A DNA stretch of 63,525 bases, the filler included, from Choristocarpus tenellus KU-1152 (lineage: Eukaryota > Protista > Phaeophyceae): the NCBI GenBank assembly GCA_964200185.2. It is 11 parts of 11 records of this genome, joined end to end, with 100 filler letters (N's around TTAATTAATTAA, not from the genome) between each part and the next. Parts side by side here need not be neighbours in the genome. Positions count along the whole stretch, not along the records: positions 57,343 to 60,890 come from CAXNAD020019333.1; positions 60,991 to 63,525 come from CAXNAD020026979.1; 9 more parts are not named here. The stretch is one strand, 5' to 3'. The notes under the pieces are model-generated. The model searched no databases. It saw only the letters and a program-made list of their open reading frames with translations, and was not told the DNA's origin. Of this stretch, positions 58,700 through 63,525 are shown one piece after another. Position 1 is the stretch's first letter. The number at the start of each line of letters is the position of its first letter. Position numbers and translations under genes: made by a program.

Positions 58700-59850
58700 C
58701 CAATTCTCACCCAAAGACACCATCCTCCAGGTCCATGGCGGCATGCCCCCAATCCGAAGGGGCGTACATGATATCCCCTGGGCCTTGCGCGCATTCCATA
58801 GGCTGCTCCTCCTTGCTCAATCCTGGATACTCCCCATCCACCCATACAGAAATGTGTTGGCAACTGAAGGACGCCTGTCTTGGTGTCACCATCCACCATC
58901 GCTTTGTACCCGACAAGAGGAGGTTGATGGCTTCTGAATGGATATGTAACGGGTCTCCACTATCCTCCCCGCCTATGTAGTAGTGAACACTATCGAGGCC
59001 TCTTTGTCCACTAGTTGGTGTGCACACCAAGGACTGGGGGCTAGCAGTTGGAGAGCCGCCCTGACAAAATGATTCATAAAGTCATACCCCTCCTTGCAGG
59101 TCTCTGAGTCCAGCTGGAATACATACTTTGGAAATGCGAGATTGTGGCACTGTTTGAGCTCTCATCTGCCCTCTCAACCTCACCCTCCTGAACGGATAGT
59201 GCATCATCATCGACGCCCAGTACCAGGTTAGCAAACCCCTTGAGCGTCATATTGGATACACCAAGGTTAAATACTCGGGCGTACGGCACGCTGCCTACAT
59301 CAACCATATATGATGTCCCCAACTTTCTATGGACGAGGTTGAGTCTCGATGTTTGGCTCCACTTTCTGGGGTTTTGTCCAGTCACGCACCGGCGTTGCAC
59401 ACTGTGACTGGCTCACCCTCGCTAACCAGACAACAAACCTCGGCCAGCGCTCGCTCTACGCCCCTGCTGTCTTCATCCTGCCCAACCTCTGACCCAAGAG
59501 GGATCACCACCTCCGGAATCTCACAATTTCCTCCCTTCTTCACCGCTTCACAACCTTCCTGTTTTGATGGAGAAGTTTAGGAAAGCTCAGGTTGCTTAGC
59601 TTGTGCCCCACAAAATCGTGTCTCAGGATCTGCACCGATGGAGAGGAGATACTCCATGAGGTTTGTATCCCCCTATAGCTCCACCAGATGTAGTGGTGTC
59701 ATCCTGAACTCGGGGGTCAATTTCGTTAGCGATCGCATCCCCGCCTCTCGCACAGTTCCTGCACCATGCTCAGCATTTCAGATGTCAGAGACAATCACAC
59801 CGGGGCTATGTGGATGTCCTGAAACCCGCCATTCCTTCCCTTAATTCCGT
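58700..59850 (-). pseudogene. Ankyrin + JmjC (JMJD8-like) pseudogene
   Basis: Near-continuous frame with stops: MTPLHLVEL*GDTNLMEYLLSIGADP (ankyrin), ...EGEPVTVCNAGA*..., frameshift, VDVGSVPYARVF, frameshift, YYIGGEDSGDPLHIHSEAINLLLSGTKRWW...MECAQGPGDIMYAPSDWGHA (JmjC HxH...H). At least 4 in-frame stops and 2 frame changes. Confidence 0.75.
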
Positions 59851-60534
59851 CCTTTCAACACGAAGCTATCAGGAAAGGATGAATCCGTCGGTGAGCAGTC
59901 TTTTCGCGAGTAGAACGGTTGTGCTGATTGGAGCAGGGGTCGTGCTTTTCCACGAATCGAAAGCCTGGAAAGCAAATACTTCTAGGATGCTGGTACCCGA
60001 AGGGCGAGGGGTAAGAACCTTTCAGGAGCATTTCCCTGGCAACACCCAGTACAGCGAATGCCGCAAAGAGCGGAGTCGCCAAAGTATATTTGTAATGCAG
60101 TTCCCGTATCCAACTCCATAGAAGACAACAGATTAGGGCTGGCATTGGTGCAAACTGATAGGAGTAGTAGTTTGGTGGCTGTTGTTGTGACCTGAGGGTA
60201 TTCAGAGTGATTTCCTAATCCCAAACGCCCAACCCCTACTATAATGTATTCCGCTCTCAAACCTCTCACTCTGTCTGAACATACTGGTGAAGGTGGGATT
60301 ATTTCTGGTCTCTGTGCTCTTAAATGAAATTGAATTATATCATGTATATCTTATCGTTCCTTCAACGCACAATCAGTTTGAGCCTTCAAAAATGGTAATT
60401 TGCTGGAAATATTTTGGACAATGAAGATTGATGAATTATTCTATATATATTTTGTTTTGCTCACGAATCCTCGATTATTACTATTTTATTCTATGTTTGC
60501 ATTCCCCCCTTTTCCCTTTTCTCCCCACATTTTG

Positions 60535-60890
60535 AGACCAACCAGTGCGACCTCTTCTTCGCCACTGATTTCCCATCCTCTCCCTCACCTTTGCGATGAC
60601 CAACCAATGCGAACCCCTTTCACCACTGATTTCCAGCCAACGCCCACCTCTGACGACCAACCAGGGCCAACTGCCTTTGCCACTGATTTCCAGTCACCCC
60701 CAACATCTTATGACCTATAAAAATCAGGAGTATAAATAAAACAAAGTGAATAAAATAATAATAAAGAATCTGAAATAACGTGGGCTGAAGACCCACCAGG
60801 GCGAACACCCTTCGCCACTGATTTTCAGTCACCCCCCACATCTGATGACCAGCCAGTGCGACCCTTTCGCCACTGATTTCCAGTCACCCC
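60535..60890. repeat. Tandem repeat, ~58-bp unit, ~5 copies
   Basis: GACCAACCAGTGCGACCCTTTCGCCACTGATTTCCAGTCACCCCC, interrupted by an AT-rich insert at ~60715-60785. Confidence 0.8.
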
Positions 60891-61370
60891 NNNNNNNNNN
60901 NNNNNNNNNNNNNNNNNNNNNNNNNNNNNNNNNNTTAATTAATTAANNNNNNNNNNNNNNNNNNNNNNNNNNNNNNNNNNNNNNNNNNNNTTCCACGTGA
61001 GAACCTGAAGGTGAAATGCAAGCAAGTTAATTTCGAGGCGGGGGCGAAAGAAGCGAAGTGGATAAGCAGGATATATATGCAGGCACATGCTCTGATGCAT
61101 GTATATGGAAAAATCAATATGAAATTTCGCGATGCGTACATTTTTTGTTCATTGTTTTGTTTCGAGAGTATGTTACGAAACAGTTTAGGCAGCTGCTCTG
61201 GTAGGTAAATTTCGTTGTGGGGAAATCAAAAGCCAATCGATCAATTACAGTGTGCAACCATGAACCTTCCAGGAATGCAACAAGCGTGGGCTGCAAGACT
61301 CGAGGCTTTATCTGTCCGTATAAGAACACTATGTGGCTATCGAACTTGCATATATATCTTGCCTAATTAC

Positions 61371-63145
61371 CTTGAGAACATAGGATCGATTTTGATGTGC
61401 GTGTGCCCCACCATCATAAAATGTATCTCGACAACACGAATGACACTCACCGCAACCAACAGCCCCGCGTATCCGAGAAAGAAATTGTTCTTGTTCTCTG
61501 AGACGCAGTTGTCGACCTGGCCAGTTTGGGGAGTTGGGAGCGAGGGAGGGATGAGCGTGAGGCCAATATGTCAGCCCATTTCGCCGCGTTTCGTGGAGGA
61601 ACAGGGTAGGTTTCCAGTATTGCAAGGGCGCAATCTCTACATCACCACCATAATACATGCAGGTTGCAATACACAAACCAAAACTAAAGACCGTGCAGTT
61701 AGTTACTTGGTGACTGGTATTCAGCGAGTATGTGTTGAGTAGGTCGTGTCAAGATGAAACCTTCTTACCTGCCAATGCGCGTGCTGGATGATGCAATTCC
61801 CCGAGTCATCGAGGCTGTTGCGGTACTTGTCGATAAGCCTTGTGAGGGCAAGGTGGGTGGCTGTGCAGACAAGGTTACAACCTGCGCGAACAATGATGTT
61901 CAACAACTGTTGGCAAAAAGTACTCTGCTCATTTACGCATTGTTTATTTGGAGCTAAAAAGAGGGGTAATGTAATTTGTTTATGCAATGTAGAGGACATA
62001 CACCCATACGGCTGATGTACATGTCTGCGATCTCCACTACCCGTTGATTAGCTCTTACACTACTCTACAGTACGTACCTCCTCCAAGATTGATAGGAGTG
62101 AAGAACACCTCCGCGAACTGGCCTTCGACGTGTGCGGCCATGATCTTCTGGCGCTCGGAGTAGCCCCTCATAAGGGGGACATGAACGAAAGGAACATGTC
62201 AAGAAAGGTCATCATGATGAACGGAATAGGTAGTGGAATTATGTGCGCTTGTTTTGGCGATTATTTCTTTGGACTTTGCACTCATTCGTAGAGTAAAACA
62301 TGGTCGTCTATTCTGTTCCACGTGCGGCTGCAATGTTCTTGTCGGATGGACTATGCGTGCATGTGGTTACCTGTCACCGCCGTGGGTAGGTGGGTAAAGT
62401 GCTAGGAGGGCGTGTGCTGTCTGGTTCGCGGCGTCTACGGACATGAACACGAAGCCGAGAGGTTTGCTGTTGGCTTTGGCCAGCATGGCGTTGCTGGTGC
62501 TGTTGGCAATGACCAGCCGATCTGCTTTGATAATCTGGCGAATGGGGGACAGCAACATCACGTGAAATAATCAAATAAATTTGCTCAAAGCTTTAAAAAA
62601 AAAATGCCGCTTGTTAACACGTATCAGGTTAGTTAGTAACCTAAATGTAGTCTGGGTAACAATAGATGTTAGTATTGGGATATGTTTTTATTGCTGAGTT
62701 CAAGACAAACACAGTGTTATCGGGATGGTAGGAAGTACGCACGTACCGGGCCGGGAGACCACTACATGACCTGTCCCTCCCACAGCCCGTTGTACACTAC
62801 CAGGAAGCAGTCTGTCTTACAAGGTGTTTGGGCAGCTAATTACAGCAAGTTTCGCGGTGAGTGAGGCTACTGCTGCTGCCATAAACACCTACGTGGGAGT
62901 CTTCATTCGCGAAAGAGGACACGGATTTACTTCAAAACGGAGGGCAATGACGGTGACATGTTGTCACTGTACCCTTGTTGCAAAATTTACGCTGGACACC
63001 TACCTGTCGATGGTCTGACAGCTCCTTATCGATGGACTCGAAGACGGTGGAGTCGTTCGTGGGTTTTTGCATCAGGTGCACCATGCCGCTTCTCTTTTAA
63101 CGTGGCACATATGTCACATTTCATAAACTCGCCTCCTACTCTTAC
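61371..63145 (-). mobile_element. Intron-containing DDD transposase (Sola/DUF7869-type), probably inactivated
   Basis: Exons 63145-63004, 62534-62371, 62166-62078, 61881-61769 and 61516-61371 join at GT-AG sites with consistent phases (0,2,1,0). Product: VRVGGEFMKCDICATLKEKRHGAPDAK(frameshift)PTNDSTVFESIDKELSDHRQ|IIKADRLVIA...FVFMSVDAANQTAHAL...|GYSERQKIMAAHVEGQFAEVFFTPINLGG|GCNLVCTATHLALTRL...HAHWQ|VDNCVSENKNNFFLGYAGLLVAVSVIRVVEIHFMMVGHTHIKIDPMFSR. The FxKCxxC, QxDNCxxENKN and VGHTHxxID motifs match this transposase group as I recall it. Confidence 0.82.
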
Positions 63146-63364
63146 GAGTTGAAGTATCTTAGAGGGTACGAATTTGCCATGTTTGTCCATTTAGGGCTTG
63201 GCTTCCCATGGGTTTCTTAATGACATTTTTCCATTCCAAAATGTTTCGGAGTAGGTCAAATGTATACATTATGAAAACGTATGTCTGGAACAAGGATACT
63301 AACACTTCCTAACAAACATGGTAGCCAAAATTAAATCAAAATCGCAACATTGGATTTTGGCCCC
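63146..63364 (-). mobile_element. MITE family A copy, interrupted by a family B copy
   Basis: Starts GAGTTGAAGTATCTTAGAGGGTAC and is colinear with family A until ...GGATTTTGGCCCC, where family B begins. Confidence 0.88.
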
Positions 63365-63525
63365 GACTCAAAGTATCTGGGAAGGGGTGGCGGCTGTCCA
63401 TTTGGGGCCAATTTTTTAATGTCGCGATTTTTGGGTGATTTGGTTGCATATGCCGGATGGATAACGTGTGTGCACTTTCCTGGTTATGATCCAAATGGAC
63501 ACCATGGTGTAGACCCCCCTCCCCC
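63365..63525 (+). mobile_element. MITE family B copy nested in family A (cut by the window end)
   Basis: GACTCAAAGTATCTGGGAAGGGGTGGCGGCTGTCCATTTGGGG...GGTGTAGACCCC, colinear with 12367-12539. Confidence 0.88.

Noticed and set aside
61329-61676. 115-aa ORF (MCIATCMYYGG...) as a gene
   Set aside because: Wrong frame; the conserved transposase motifs are in another frame at 61516-61371.

Overview
Intron-rich eukaryotic DNA, most likely from a photosynthetic stramenopile (brown-alga-like). The taxon is inferred from a signal peptide plus Phe bipartite plastid presequence, TTAGGG repeats and long introns. The window is not contiguous: 11 contigs are joined by artificial 100-bp N44-TTAATTAATTAA-N44 linkers. 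Spliced host genes rebuilt by hand from splice sites and reading frame: PI4-kinase III-beta-type 3' half (-, 15.3-22.4 kb), eIF3k 5' part (-), MCM2 middle part (+, with two GC-AG introns), presequence protease PreP 5' part (-), probable HARP-domain exons, a possible UBX-protein exon, and an ankyrin-JmjC pseudogene. The most interesting signal is missed by the ORF track: a five-exon, intron-containing DDD transposase of the Sola/DUF7869 type (61.4-63.1 kb, -). It is frameshifted and interrupted by nested MITEs. The window also holds 14 full or partial copies of three MITE families that share G(A/G)(G/C)(C/T)(C/G)AAA termini and make 3- or 4-bp target-site duplications. Copia, probable Gypsy and possible LINE remnants, minisatellites and a CRISPR-like-looking intronic repeat are also present. 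All family assignments come from recalled motifs, not database searches.
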